This document shows positions 8,376-16,978 of a stretch of DNA of 61,507 bases, piece after piece. Every line of letters starts with the position of its first letter. Position 1 is the first letter of the stretch. The translations under genes and the position numbers were made by a program. Below the pieces are notes generated by a model. It saw nothing but the letters and a program-made list of their open reading frames with translations, did no database searches and was not told where the DNA came from. The DNA lies in IMG/VR virus record IMGVR_UViG_3300048835_000959, positions 1 through 61,507 of that record. One strand, 5' to 3'. The stretch comes from a virus. Taxonomy: Duplodnaviria > Caudoviricetes.

Positions 8376-11300
8376 TAGCTGAACACGAAGCCTCCCGTGC
8401 GGGCGCGTTCGGCTAGCTGAGCGGTGTTCTCAGCGGTTTGAATGATGGCTCGCTTGACATCATCCGACATGCCTTCGCCAGTAACTGGGGGCATCTGCAG
8501 CCGAGCGACGCTTTGCGATAGAGCTGCGTCGAACTCCTCGAGTCGAGCTCGCACCGCAGCAAAGGATGCCAGAAGTGATTCGAGATTAAGCGATGGCTCC
8601 GTTTCCTCAGGAAACAATGCGTCGGCCAGTTCATCGAGCTCTTCCTCTGACATGTCTTGAGACTGCAAAGACGGGGTCTCGTTCATCGGAACAAGAACCT
8701 CGGGCATCTCCCCGTTATCAGGCTGAGCGTCTGCCTGCGGATCAACGTCAAGATCGCCCGCGTCAACATCTTCAGCCACGTCAGGTTTGTCAGCGACCTG
8801 CAAAGTAGGAATCAGCGATGCGCCGCTCCCAAGTCCCAGGCCACGGCTATCGAAGTTGCCGGCCGCTTCGGTCTTCTCGGTCACTGCTTCTGGACCGCTG
8901 GAGAATTGATCCAGCGAATCCTTAGCCGAGCGGTCGAGACCAAGCTTGAGGTCCTTCTTCTTGGGCGGCTTAAGCTTGGGATCTTTGATGCCATCGACTT
9001 CAACCTTCGGCACCTTCAGTTCGCCAGGCACCGGAGGCGCGGGCATGTGAGGGATCGGAGTGCCAGCGTCTGGTTCTTTGGCAGCTTCCGGCTCTTGCGG
9101 TTTTGCGGCATTGGCTGCTTCGACGGCGGCATCGAACTCAGCTTGGGCGGCGGCAACCTGATCGTCTCGTTCCTTGGTACGATCCTCGGGCGACTGACGA
9201 CCAGCTTCACGAGCGACGCGTGCCTCCTCACGCATTTGATCGAGGGTCTTTTGAACGCCTGCGGTGGTATCGTCGATCGTCTGTTGTCGCGACTGTCCGG
9301 CCGCTTCGTTCTGTTTGAACTGATCATCGCGCGAAGCATCGACCACCTGGTTCTTGGCGTCGGTCTCTTGATCGATGACCGCCATCTCAGCATCAATGTC
9401 GCGACCAGCCCGGGCCTTGCGTCGTTCCTCAAGTTGCTGCTTGATGCCTTCCTGCATCTGTACGCGATTAGCTTCGATCTGCTGTTTACGAGCGTCGCGC
9501 CGTTTCATGCGATCGCCGATGGCTTGCTGCTTCTTGGCTTCTTCGGCTTCGTCGGCTGTGCGGATCTCCTTGTCAATCTTGGCCATTTCGACTTCGACAT
9601 TCACATCGTCATCAAACAGTGACTTCAGTTTGATCCAGGCCTTGCGCAGAAAGCCGACGGTCGAATTCCACATCGATTTGACTTGGGCGACGAACACCGA
9701 CCAAGTGTCGGCGAGATAGTCAATCGTTTCGACCCAGGCGGTCTCTACGCCTGCAAGCGCATTGATGAGCACGCCACCGATCTGAACAGAAACGTCGCCA
9801 GCAATATCCACGAGCTCTCGCAGCCGAATGAATCCCTTTTTGAGAAACCCTATCGTGGAATTCCAGCCTTTTTGCACCGAGGTCGTGAGGATAGTCCAAC
9901 CATCGGCCATGAAACCGAGCGTCGCATTCCATACGCTTGCAAGTCCTGATAGGGCACTAATCAGCACATCGCCAATCGCGTAGGCGGTGTCGCCCCAAAC
10001 ATCGGACAGGTAACTGGTGAAATCGGCCCACACTCCTTTGAGATAGGTTGTGCCCTTGATCCACTGGAGCTTGAGATAGGTCCACAGAACATTGGCTGCT
10101 GCGGTGATATCTCCGGCAGCCAGTGCATTGGCGATCGCACCAAAGGCCTTGATCGTGTCGGCCTTCAGCGTCTCGAAGACGCCTTTCAAATACTCGATCG
10201 CCTGGCCGGCAATTCCAGTGGAGTAGATGAAGTATGCACCCAGTGCCGCGATGGCAGCGACAACCAGACCGAGAGGCGTGAACAGAGCGCCGATCATGGT
10301 CACAAGGAAGCCGATAGCGGTTCCCACCAGTGAGAACATCGAAGCCAGACCACCGACTGCGAATGCAGCGACACCAGCGGCGCTACCGATGCCGATGAAC
10401 GCTGCGCCTACACCAACCACGCCAGCAACGATGAGGGCGACCTTCTTGACCACTTCCTGGTTCTTGCCGATCCATTCGGTGAGTCCAGACAATGCCCGTG
10501 AGATCGCATTCATCATCTTGGTCACAGAGAGATCGAGTGATTCGCCAATCGCAATCGCTACGCCCTCGATGGAGCTTTTGAGAATCCGGAAGGCACCGCC
10601 GATTCCAGAATCCATATCAGCAGCTGTCTTGGCGGAGATTCCACGGGCTTTTTGAATCTCGCCGAGCAATTGCCGGGTATCGGTAACCGACTTGCCGATC
10701 GCAGATGCGCTCGTGATGCCCAACAATCCAAACACTTCGTTGAATGCTGCGGCGCGATCACCAGAGCCCATGTTGGCTGTGGCTGCAGCAACTTCACCAA
10801 GCACATCGACCAGCTTGCGAGCGTTACCTTGCGCATCTTTCGTAGCAACGCCGAAGACCTTTTGAAACTTCTCGGATTCCGACGCGCTAAGCGTGAGCAA
10901 GCGACGCAGTGCGGTTCCCGCCTCGCTGCCTTGAATCCCAAGGTTTCCAAGGGTACCGAGAATGGCGAGCGTCTCTTCGAGACTCATGTTGGCATCGGCT
11001 GCCACAGGACCTGCATACGATAATGCCTCGCCGAGTGATTCCACGGAGTTGAACGACTTGTTGGCCGCGGCCGTCAATCCGTCAGCGACGCGGACCGCAT
11101 CGGTGGCTGCCATCGAAAACTGGCGAATGGTGGCGGCCATGATCCCGGAGCTGAGGGTTGCATCGGTACCAGTAGCTCTTGCGAGATTCATCACCGCGCC
11201 GGTCATCTCTTCGATTTGCTTGGGTGAGAAACCGGCTCGTCCGAGCTCGGTCATCAGCGAGGCAACTTCACTCGCCGAGAAACTCGTGGTTGCCCCAAGA

Positions 11301-11578
11301 AGCTTGGCTTTCTCACGCAAGGAATCGAAAGCCGCTCCAGTCGCGCCGGCCACTGCACCTGCGGCGCGAATCGCATCATCGAAGTTAGCATAGACGGCGA
11401 CACTTCCAGCCACGGGAGCAGCAGCGGCCACCCCTAGTCCCATCAGCTTGGTGCCGATCATTCGCGTTGATGCGCCGAATGATTTCAGCCGCTTCTGCGC
11501 AGCCTCGAGCCCCTTGAGGAACTGGGCGCTCCTCGCGGTCAGCTCGACGTAGGCTCCTCCGGCTTTGACTTGAGACAT
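8375..11578 (-). CDS. Phage tail tape measure protein (TP901-type core)
   Basis: 1067 aa Ala/Gly-rich; LGATTSFSASEVA, ELGRAGF and GIQGSEAGTALR motifs; hydrophobic middle with periodic Trp. Confidence 0.92.
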   Translation of the reverse strand: MSQVKAGGAYVELTARSAQFLKGLEAAQKRLKSFGASTRMIGTKLMGLGVAAAAPVAGSVAVYANFDDAIRAAGAVAGATGAAFDSLREKAKLLGATTSFSASEVASLMTELGRAGFSPKQIEEMTGAVMNLARATGTDATLSSGIMAATIRQFSMAATDAVRVADGLTAAANKSFNSVESLGEALSYAGPVAADANMSLEETLAILGTLGNLGIQGSEAGTALRRLLTLSASESEKFQKVFGVATKDAQGNARKLVDVLGEVAAATANMGSGDRAAAFNEVFGLLGITSASAIGKSVTDTRQLLGEIQKARGISAKTAADMDSGIGGAFRILKSSIEGVAIAIGESLDLSVTKMMNAISRALSGLTEWIGKNQEVVKKVALIVAGVVGVGAAFIGIGSAAGVAAFAVGGLASMFSLVGTAIGFLVTMIGALFTPLGLVVAAIAALGAYFIYSTGIAGQAIEYLKGVFETLKADTIKAFGAIANALAAGDITAAANVLWTYLKLQWIKGTTYLKGVWADFTSYLSDVWGDTAYAIGDVLISALSGLASVWNATLGFMADGWTILTTSVQKGWNSTIGFLKKGFIRLRELVDIAGDVSVQIGGVLINALAGVETAWVETIDYLADTWSVFVAQVKSMWNSTVGFLRKAWIKLKSLFDDDVNVEVEMAKIDKEIRTADEAEEAKKQQAIGDRMKRRDARKQQIEANRVQMQEGIKQQLEERRKARAGRDIDAEMAVIDQETDAKNQVVDASRDDQFKQNEAAGQSRQQTIDDTTAGVQKTLDQMREEARVAREAGRQSPEDRTKERDDQVAAAQAEFDAAVEAANAAKPQEPEAAKEPDAGTPIPHMPAPPVPGELKVPKVEVDGIKDPKLKPPKKKDLKLGLDRSAKDSLDQFSSGPEAVTEKTEAAGNFDSRGLGLGSGASLIPTLQVADKPDVAEDVDAGDLDVDPQADAQPDNGEMPEVLVPMNETPSLQSQDMSEEELDELADALFPEETEPSLNLESLLASFAAVRARLEEFDAALSQSVARLQMPPVTGEGMSDDVKRAIIQTAENTAQLAERARTGGFVFS

Positions 11579-11880
11579 GGCAACTCGGCTAACTTGGGTT
11601 GAAAACTCGCACCGAGCATCGCTGCAGCTTGCTCAACAGTTCCGCGAGCAACGATCGGTTTCTGGTCTGCGTAGGGATTGAAGTCATCGGGCCTAAATGG
11701 CTTGCGACGTCTCTTACGATCGCGGTTCATCTCGGCCATCAGTGCCATGATCGTGCTGGCGACATTCCAGTCGTGCTGGCGTCTGGCCTCAGCCATCAGC
11801 ACAAGTTGGCGAAGCGTTAAGGGACCTGGATCGACTCCGACGATGCCGGCGAGTCTGACGATGAGTCGCTCAATGTCGGC
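11539..11880 (-). CDS. Tail assembly chaperone C-terminal (T-like) frame, probably reached by a -1 frameshift
   Basis: Frame lies between the chaperone and the tape measure, is -1 relative to 11817..12317 and stays open upstream of the first start codon (DIERLIVRLAGIVGVDPGPLTLRQL). Confidence 0.5.
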   Translation of the reverse strand, partial: ADIERLIVRLAGIVGVDPGPLTLRQLVLMAEARRQHDWNVASTIMALMAEMNRDRKRRRKPFRPDDFNPYADQKPIVARGTVEQAAAMLGASFQPKLAELPCLKSKPEEPTSS

Positions 11881-12317
11881 ACAGCGAGCTTGCGTTCGAG
11901 ATCTTCGACGAGCTTGTCGACCAAGTTCGGATCGTCCAGTCGCTTCTCGATCGCATTGATCCCCCGAGTCTCGATCAACTTCTGTTTCTCGGCCGCCTTC
12001 CGCAGAAGACGGCGTCGGGACTCCGGGAAGTAATTGATCAACGCTTCGAGGAGTGCACCGGTTGCATCGTCGATCGAGTTTCCAGCGAGGCCCTCACCGA
12101 AGGCTTCGTCCGTGATCTGCTGCTGATCAGCTTGCGGCTTGCAAATCGCAAATAGCACATCGCCGAGGAGCAACGGATCGGTCGAGAGGCGTGTGATCAA
12201 ATCACCGTCGATCGCTTCCAGCAGATGCACGCCTGTGAGAGTCTTCACGCGGCGCAGCGTCGTGTTATCGATATCCACAATCCAAATGCGACCGGCGCGG
12301 TCAACGAACTTCTGCAT
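11817..12317 (-). CDS. Tail assembly chaperone (G-like)
   Basis: Position between tail tube and tape measure; helical composition; GGGAGG RBS. Confidence 0.65.
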   Translation of the reverse strand: MQKFVDRAGRIWIVDIDNTTLRRVKTLTGVHLLEAIDGDLITRLSTDPLLLGDVLFAICKPQADQQQITDEAFGEGLAGNSIDDATGALLEALINYFPESRRRLLRKAAEKQKLIETRGINAIEKRLDDPNLVDKLVEDLERKLAVPTLSDSSSDSPASSESIQVP

Positions 12318-12368
12318 GATGCCTCCCTGAGTGTTATGAATCCTCTAAACCAACGACAACGCCAGCGA

Positions 12369-12785
12369 TCAAGGACCAGCCAAGCCAGGTCCAACATTCA
12401 TGCCACCACCGGAACTCGACTGAGTTGGCTTGAGAGTCACATCTGCGGAGATGACCTCTTCCAAGTTCTGGTTGACATTGAAGGTCATCACTTCACAAGT
12501 CAGTGTGAGCGTGCCACCAGCGTCGCTGATGCCGACATCACAGGGATCACCGCTACTCCACAAGCCTTGAAGCAAGCCGAACGCGCTATCGCCATCCTTG
12601 TTCAGCACTGTGAACTCGATGGACGCATCCTTCAGCGTTCCGACCGTCGCGCGCCAGCCGTTGTTGGCCCGAGTGCTGGCGTCGGCTTCGGCCTTTTCAA
12701 GGCTGACGGTTAAATCCTTGACATTGGTGATCTCGACGCCGTCGACGGTGAGGACGGCTTCGAGACCAAGTCTTACTTCTGGCAT
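12369..12785 (-). CDS. Major tail tube protein
   Basis: 138 aa beta-rich protein with DASTRANNGWRATVGTLKDASIEF motif; synteny. Confidence 0.75.
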   Translation of the reverse strand: MPEVRLGLEAVLTVDGVEITNVKDLTVSLEKAEADASTRANNGWRATVGTLKDASIEFTVLNKDGDSAFGLLQGLWSSGDPCDVGISDAGGTLTLTCEVMTFNVNQNLEEVISADVTLKPTQSSSGGGMNVGPGLAGP

Positions 12786-12811
12786 CGTGAATGATTCCTT
12801 ATGGCGAACGT

Positions 12812-13378
12812 TTACTTAACTGAGTTGGCCCAGAACATTGGGAGCCGACTCCGATTGGCATCTAGTGCCGGCTTCATGAAGGGGCGTTTGGGGTAATGAC
12901 GAGGTTTGTTGTCACTGCGACGCTCGTTCTCTTCAGCAACCAAGCGAGTGGCTCGATTGGCTTGTGCTGCGGTTCGCAATTCGATCCGCGCAAACTTCGT
13001 CTTGTTTCCGTGCTGCTTGATTCGGATTGGACCATGCTCGCCAACCTTGAATCGATGTGGCTTCAGCTTGCGGCGTTTGGTTGCCACGCCACCAAATTCA
13101 TGCAGGTTCCAAAGCCGGCCCGCGATCTCATTCACCGGCCCGATAATCACTTCGGTCTTGTTGTTGGTTACTTCGTAGCGAATCACTCGCCTGAGCATGC
13201 CGGTCTGGGTATGCGGTGGGCTTCCAGGCTTGGATGACTTCTTACGCTTGCGAATGCTCCGACTGGCAGTTTTACGGATGGCACCGCCGGCTTCGCTGAT
13301 CGATGTAAAGGTGGCAGTTTCCACCTTCTTCTTGAGCTTTCGCTTATCGAATTGAGTTCGAACGGTGAGTCTGATCAT
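12812..13378 (-). CDS. Tail completion / HK97 gp10-like protein
   Basis: Basic protein with SKPGSPP..TGMLRR, HEFGG and PKRPFMKPAL motifs. Confidence 0.65.
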   Translation of the reverse strand: MIRLTVRTQFDKRKLKKKVETATFTSISEAGGAIRKTASRSIRKRKKSSKPGSPPHTQTGMLRRVIRYEVTNNKTEVIIGPVNEIAGRLWNLHEFGGVATKRRKLKPHRFKVGEHGPIRIKQHGNKTKFARIELRTAAQANRATRLVAEENERRSDNKPRHYPKRPFMKPALDANRSRLPMFWANSVK

Positions 13379-13803
13379 CGCGCCAGTTCAAAGGTTAGGG
13401 TCAACAGACTGGTAAACTGACGCAGTTGCTCCCAATGTTCGCTGGAGTACAGCACGGCATGTTCAGCCTTCACACAGCGAGCCGCTTGAAATGAAACGAG
13501 CCGTTTCAAGCGAAACTCGTCGGCGATCTTCTCCACCAGATCCACCAGTGGATCGATCTCCTCGTTGGTTCCCTTGGAGAACTTTTTCTGCACTGCAACA
13601 TCAACACGGCAGTGGTATCGGTTGTGGGCGCGATCGTGAGGCAAAAGCTCGACGTCGCGAGGTACCACGCTCACGCGAAGTTCCTTCATGTCTTCGAGGT
13701 CGAAGTTGGGAACATACAAACGCTCGGCGACGAACTCGAAGTCGAACTCGGCGGCATTGAGCTGAGCGGTGACGCTGTCGGCAACTTGTAGAACGGTCGT
13801 CAT
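13375..13803 (-). CDS. Putative tail terminator protein
   Basis: Size and synteny; ATGA overlaps on both sides. Confidence 0.5.
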   Translation of the reverse strand: MTTVLQVADSVTAQLNAAEFDFEFVAERLYVPNFDLEDMKELRVSVVPRDVELLPHDRAHNRYHCRVDVAVQKKFSKGTNEEIDPLVDLVEKIADEFRLKRLVSFQAARCVKAEHAVLYSSEHWEQLRQFTSLLTLTFELAR

Positions 13804-14183
13804 GAGGGATGGGATTCGATCTGTTTGGTGTGGATGCGGAGTTTCAAACGGAATGGGTCGCTGTAGCGCCAAGGTGGGTCGCCACCAAGGGCCATCACTT
13901 CAAAGATGAAGGTGTGGTTGCAATCGATCTCAACGATCGTGTCACCGCGGCGTGGCAAAGTTCCGATGATCGACTGGAGCAGAGATTGCGTGTCGATCAG
14001 GAAGTCGCGGACCTGGCTGCGAGTGACAATGCCCTCGCCATCGTCCTGGTCATACACCGACTTGCCGATCGTGGCTTGGAGCGTGGCTCCAAGCTCTCCT
14101 CGGCGATACACGACCTGACGCGATGCGTGCTGGGTGAGTTTTGAGGCAAGCCACTCCTGGCCTTTCTGAAGCATGTCGGTCAT
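13800..14183 (-). CDS. Head-tail joining / head closure protein
   Basis: 127 aa with RDFLI..PRRGDTIVE pattern reminiscent of gpFII-like proteins; synteny. Confidence 0.55.
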   Translation of the reverse strand: MTDMLQKGQEWLASKLTQHASRQVVYRRGELGATLQATIGKSVYDQDDGEGIVTRSQVRDFLIDTQSLLQSIIGTLPRRGDTIVEIDCNHTFIFEVMALGGDPPWRYSDPFRLKLRIHTKQIESHPS

Positions 14184-14470
14184 GACTCGGCTTTTGCCTT
14201 CGTGTTGCCAAGCAGCTTCGAAGCCTTCGTTCGAACTTCATCAAGCCAAACCGCATCGGCGCGGCGCTGATACTCGGACGCAACCGCATTGGCCTCTTCG
14301 TCAAGCTGTTGCTGACGAAGGGTTGTTTGACGAACGGGCTGGGCTGGTTCTGGAGTCAGGAATGCAACGGGCGACGCTTGCTTGAGTTGCTCTGGTTCCC
14401 GTTTCTTCACAGGAATCAGGGCAACTGCCAGCAGGACGACAACCACAATGATGGCTATGGCTAATAACAT
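14180..14470 (-). CDS. Small single-pass membrane protein
   Basis: N-terminal hydrophobic helix followed by a charged helical tail. Confidence 0.55.
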   Translation of the reverse strand: MLLAIAIIVVVVLLAVALIPVKKREPEQLKQASPVAFLTPEPAQPVRQTTLRQQQLDEEANAVASEYQRRADAVWLDEVRTKASKLLGNTKAKAES

Positions 14471-14519
14471 TTTTTTGGTTGAACCTCATCTAGGAGAATG
14501 GATTGGGTTAAAGCAACGC

Positions 14520-15572
14520 TCAGCTAATGCCGCGTTTGATCAGAATGAACACGAGCAGCACGACTGCGATTCCGATGAGCGCGACCGTGGCGATCTCGCC
14601 GGCCGACAGCCAAAGGAGAGCGTTGCGAGTGTCTTTCGCCCCGTCGAAGAGATCGCGCACTCGATCTAGTGGCCGACGGTCTTCAGAGGGGGGCGTTGGG
14701 CAATAGCCATCGGGACAATCCTCGGCCGACAGATACAGCGTCGGTGTGATCGCATCGTCCCAGGAGTAACCTTTGGTTTTTACCGCGCCGGTTTTCTGTG
14801 CCTCCTTGGCTTGCTTGTAGAGCGTGTAACCATGACGGAGGTCCGAGTAGAGCTCGTCCGGCGTGCTTGGAATCATCGAACGACCAGCGGCGTGGATGTG
14901 TCCGCCGGTTGCATCTTGGAAGAGAACCACAGGGAACTGATCCGCAGGCACAATGTCGGCGTAGCGAGTCTTGTAGATCGCGTTCGTTGCCGTGTAGACC
15001 TGGAATTCGCAGCTTTCCTTGAGTGCCGCAAGTTGCTTGTTTTGCGTGAACCATTCCTGTAGTCGCTGACTTGTGGCATCAGTGTTCACGAACAACGCGA
15101 TCTGGTAACTCTTCTTCGGTGGAGGAGCCGCAGGATTCGAAACGGGAGTTACAACCAGCGGCTCTTGCGTTGGCTTTGGAGTGTCCACGAAATTCGGCGT
15201 CGCAGGTACCGGTTGGGCAAATGTGGGCGTCACCGTTGGCGTCACAACGGTCGGTTGCACGATTGTGGGCTGAACTACCACCGGCGCGGGATAGACGCGT
15301 TGTGGTAGGCAATTCGGCGGACAGTTGCGGATCTGTTGCTTGATCTCACCCTGGGCCTGCAAGTTAACCGACTGCGGCTCTTGCAACTTCTCGATCGTGC
15401 CAACACTTGGCGAAGTCGGTCGATAGTTGGGTACCGTCCAGCTTTGTTCAGGCTGTGGCTGCGCCGGCTTGTCATGCAAAGCAGTGAAGACAACGCCCAG
15501 GAGAATCGCGTGGACGATTGCCACCACGATCAGCCCCAGACTTAAGCGAATTCGAATCGTATCGTTGATCAT
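14520..15572 (-). CDS. Membrane-anchored hypothetical protein
   Basis: N- and C-terminal TM helices, Pro/Thr/Val-rich linker, CPPNC and CPDGYC motifs. Confidence 0.6.
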   Translation of the reverse strand: MINDTIRIRLSLGLIVVAIVHAILLGVVFTALHDKPAQPQPEQSWTVPNYRPTSPSVGTIEKLQEPQSVNLQAQGEIKQQIRNCPPNCLPQRVYPAPVVVQPTIVQPTVVTPTVTPTFAQPVPATPNFVDTPKPTQEPLVVTPVSNPAAPPPKKSYQIALFVNTDATSQRLQEWFTQNKQLAALKESCEFQVYTATNAIYKTRYADIVPADQFPVVLFQDATGGHIHAAGRSMIPSTPDELYSDLRHGYTLYKQAKEAQKTGAVKTKGYSWDDAITPTLYLSAEDCPDGYCPTPPSEDRRPLDRVRDLFDGAKDTRNALLWLSAGEIATVALIGIAVVLLVFILIKRGIS

Positions 15573-15577
15573 GGTGA

Positions 15578-16177
15578 TTACAGAACCTCATAACTTTGGT
15601 AAGGCAGTGAACTGCTGGGATCGTTGAGAACGGTCAGGGCAAAGCCTCCGTAGCCTGCCCATAAGCGAATGAACTGTTCGCGAGGCGTGAGTTCGAAGCG
15701 CCCCGGATAGTTGTTGTCGAGGATCGCGGCATATTGCTTCCCATCACGCTCGATCCAACCGACGAACGTGCAGCAATGCGCGGGCTTCCACCACAGGATT
15801 GCACCTCGCCTAGTTGCACTTGCCCAATCGAGGAAGCGCGGGTCGGCCTTGAGCGTGTAGCTGTAGTCAATGCCGGCAGCATCCAAGCGATCACGCAGAC
15901 GCGAGTCCCACTCGCCATCGGCATAGGTAGCTCGCCAGCGTTCGCCAAGCTCGAATCTATTGAGCCAACGGAGATGGTTGACAAGCGAGGCATGAACGCA
16001 GCTCCCTTGACCAAGCGAGCCCGTCCAATTGCGCTGATGCAATTGCACCGGCAGATTGGCTGGCGGTTGCTCCGGTTCAGGCGTTGGCAATGCACGAACA
16101 TTGACGATGCCTGGGTCGCAACCTGCCAGTACGAGCAACAACAATACAAAGGCTGGAATCAATGGCTTAAGAATCAT
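15578..16177 (-). CDS. Lipoprotein with putative papain-like Cys peptidase domain
   Basis: Lipobox LVLAGC; QGSC, AHCC and ILDNN fit a Cys-His-Asp/Asn arrangement. Confidence 0.55.
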   Translation of the reverse strand: MILKPLIPAFVLLLLVLAGCDPGIVNVRALPTPEPEQPPANLPVQLHQRNWTGSLGQGSCVHASLVNHLRWLNRFELGERWRATYADGEWDSRLRDRLDAAGIDYSYTLKADPRFLDWASATRRGAILWWKPAHCCTFVGWIERDGKQYAAILDNNYPGRFELTPREQFIRLWAGYGGFALTVLNDPSSSLPYQSYEVL

Positions 16178-16225
16178 TTTCAGCTCGCGAAATGAACTTT
16201 CTTGGCGACGGTTAGTTCTGAGCCG

Positions 16226-16579
16226 CTATTGACTCAGTCTTAAGCGGACACAGCGAGTTCCTGCTGGCGCAGATTCGATCGCTTTGCCCATCATGGGGTG
16301 GGCGTAAGCGTTCTTGACCACATGCCAACTGATCTCCGACCAGTAAAGGATTGTGCCCGCGGGAATGTTGGTGGTTGGATCTTTCACAACATCGAAGACG
16401 CCCCGCATCGTGATGCTGCCACGTGAGCCCGCACTAATCCCAAACTTGGCGATGCCCACGAGCCGGTCGACGACAACCACTGAGCCAGCGGCCACGTCGG
16501 ACTCGGGGACGATCGGCAAGGTGTTACCATCCGCGACGAAGATGGCTCCTGCATTTATGACTTGTGCGTTGTTGCTCAC
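16226..16579 (-). CDS. DUF2190-like capsid cement/decoration protein
   Basis: DVAAGSVVV..VGIA..GVFDV.K..VRLRLSQ pattern; downstream of the capsid gene. Confidence 0.75.
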   Translation of the reverse strand: MSNNAQVINAGAIFVADGNTLPIVPESDVAAGSVVVVDRLVGIAKFGISAGSRGSITMRGVFDVVKDPTTNIPAGTILYWSEISWHVVKNAYAHPMMGKAIESAPAGTRCVRLRLSQ

Positions 16580-16588
16580 GGCGTCTCA

Positions 16589-16918
16589 TCACTGGCTCAG
16601 GCGAATGCGAACGAAGGAATCAGTGGCGGCAGCGTCATTGACGACTTTGCCGAGATACGTGGTGCCAACATCGTCAGCGACTACGGCTCCGTCTTCATCG
16701 ACGTAGACCTTGGTGCCTGCTTCGAACTCGACAGCCAGGGCGGGGTCTTTGGGAATGTCAAAGACGCCTTCCACAGCGATCGAGCCAAGCGAGCCGGCCT
16801 TAATGTCGCGTTTGGTGATTCCCACCAAGTCGCCTTGGATCACGATTGATCCAACCGCGACATCAACGGTGGGAGTAAAATCGACGGCCTTACCGTCATG
16901 AACGAATTGAGCTTGCAT
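16589..16918 (-). CDS. DUF2190-like capsid cement/decoration protein
   Basis: MQAQFVHDG..DVAVGSIV..EGVFDIPK pattern; directly after the capsid gene. Confidence 0.8.
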   Translation of the reverse strand: MQAQFVHDGKAVDFTPTVDVAVGSIVIQGDLVGITKRDIKAGSLGSIAVEGVFDIPKDPALAVEFEAGTKVYVDEDGAVVADDVGTTYLGKVVNDAAATDSFVRIRLSQ

Positions 16919-16978
16919 GGATTATGGAATCCTTGAGGACAAAGAATGGTTGGTTTCAGATCGGTCAGGGGACGAGGC

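Noticed and set aside
8657-9622. Long plus-strand ORFs opposite structural genes (also 17240..17971, 19092..19868, 20953..21795, 52085..52927)
   Set aside because: Each is confined within a single sense gene; these are ordinary antisense shadows of GC-rich codon usage
9620-10000. Tandem ~63-aa internal repeat in the tape measure protein (WNSTIGFL / WNSTVGFL)
   Set aside because: Trp-periodic repeats are normal for tape measure proteins
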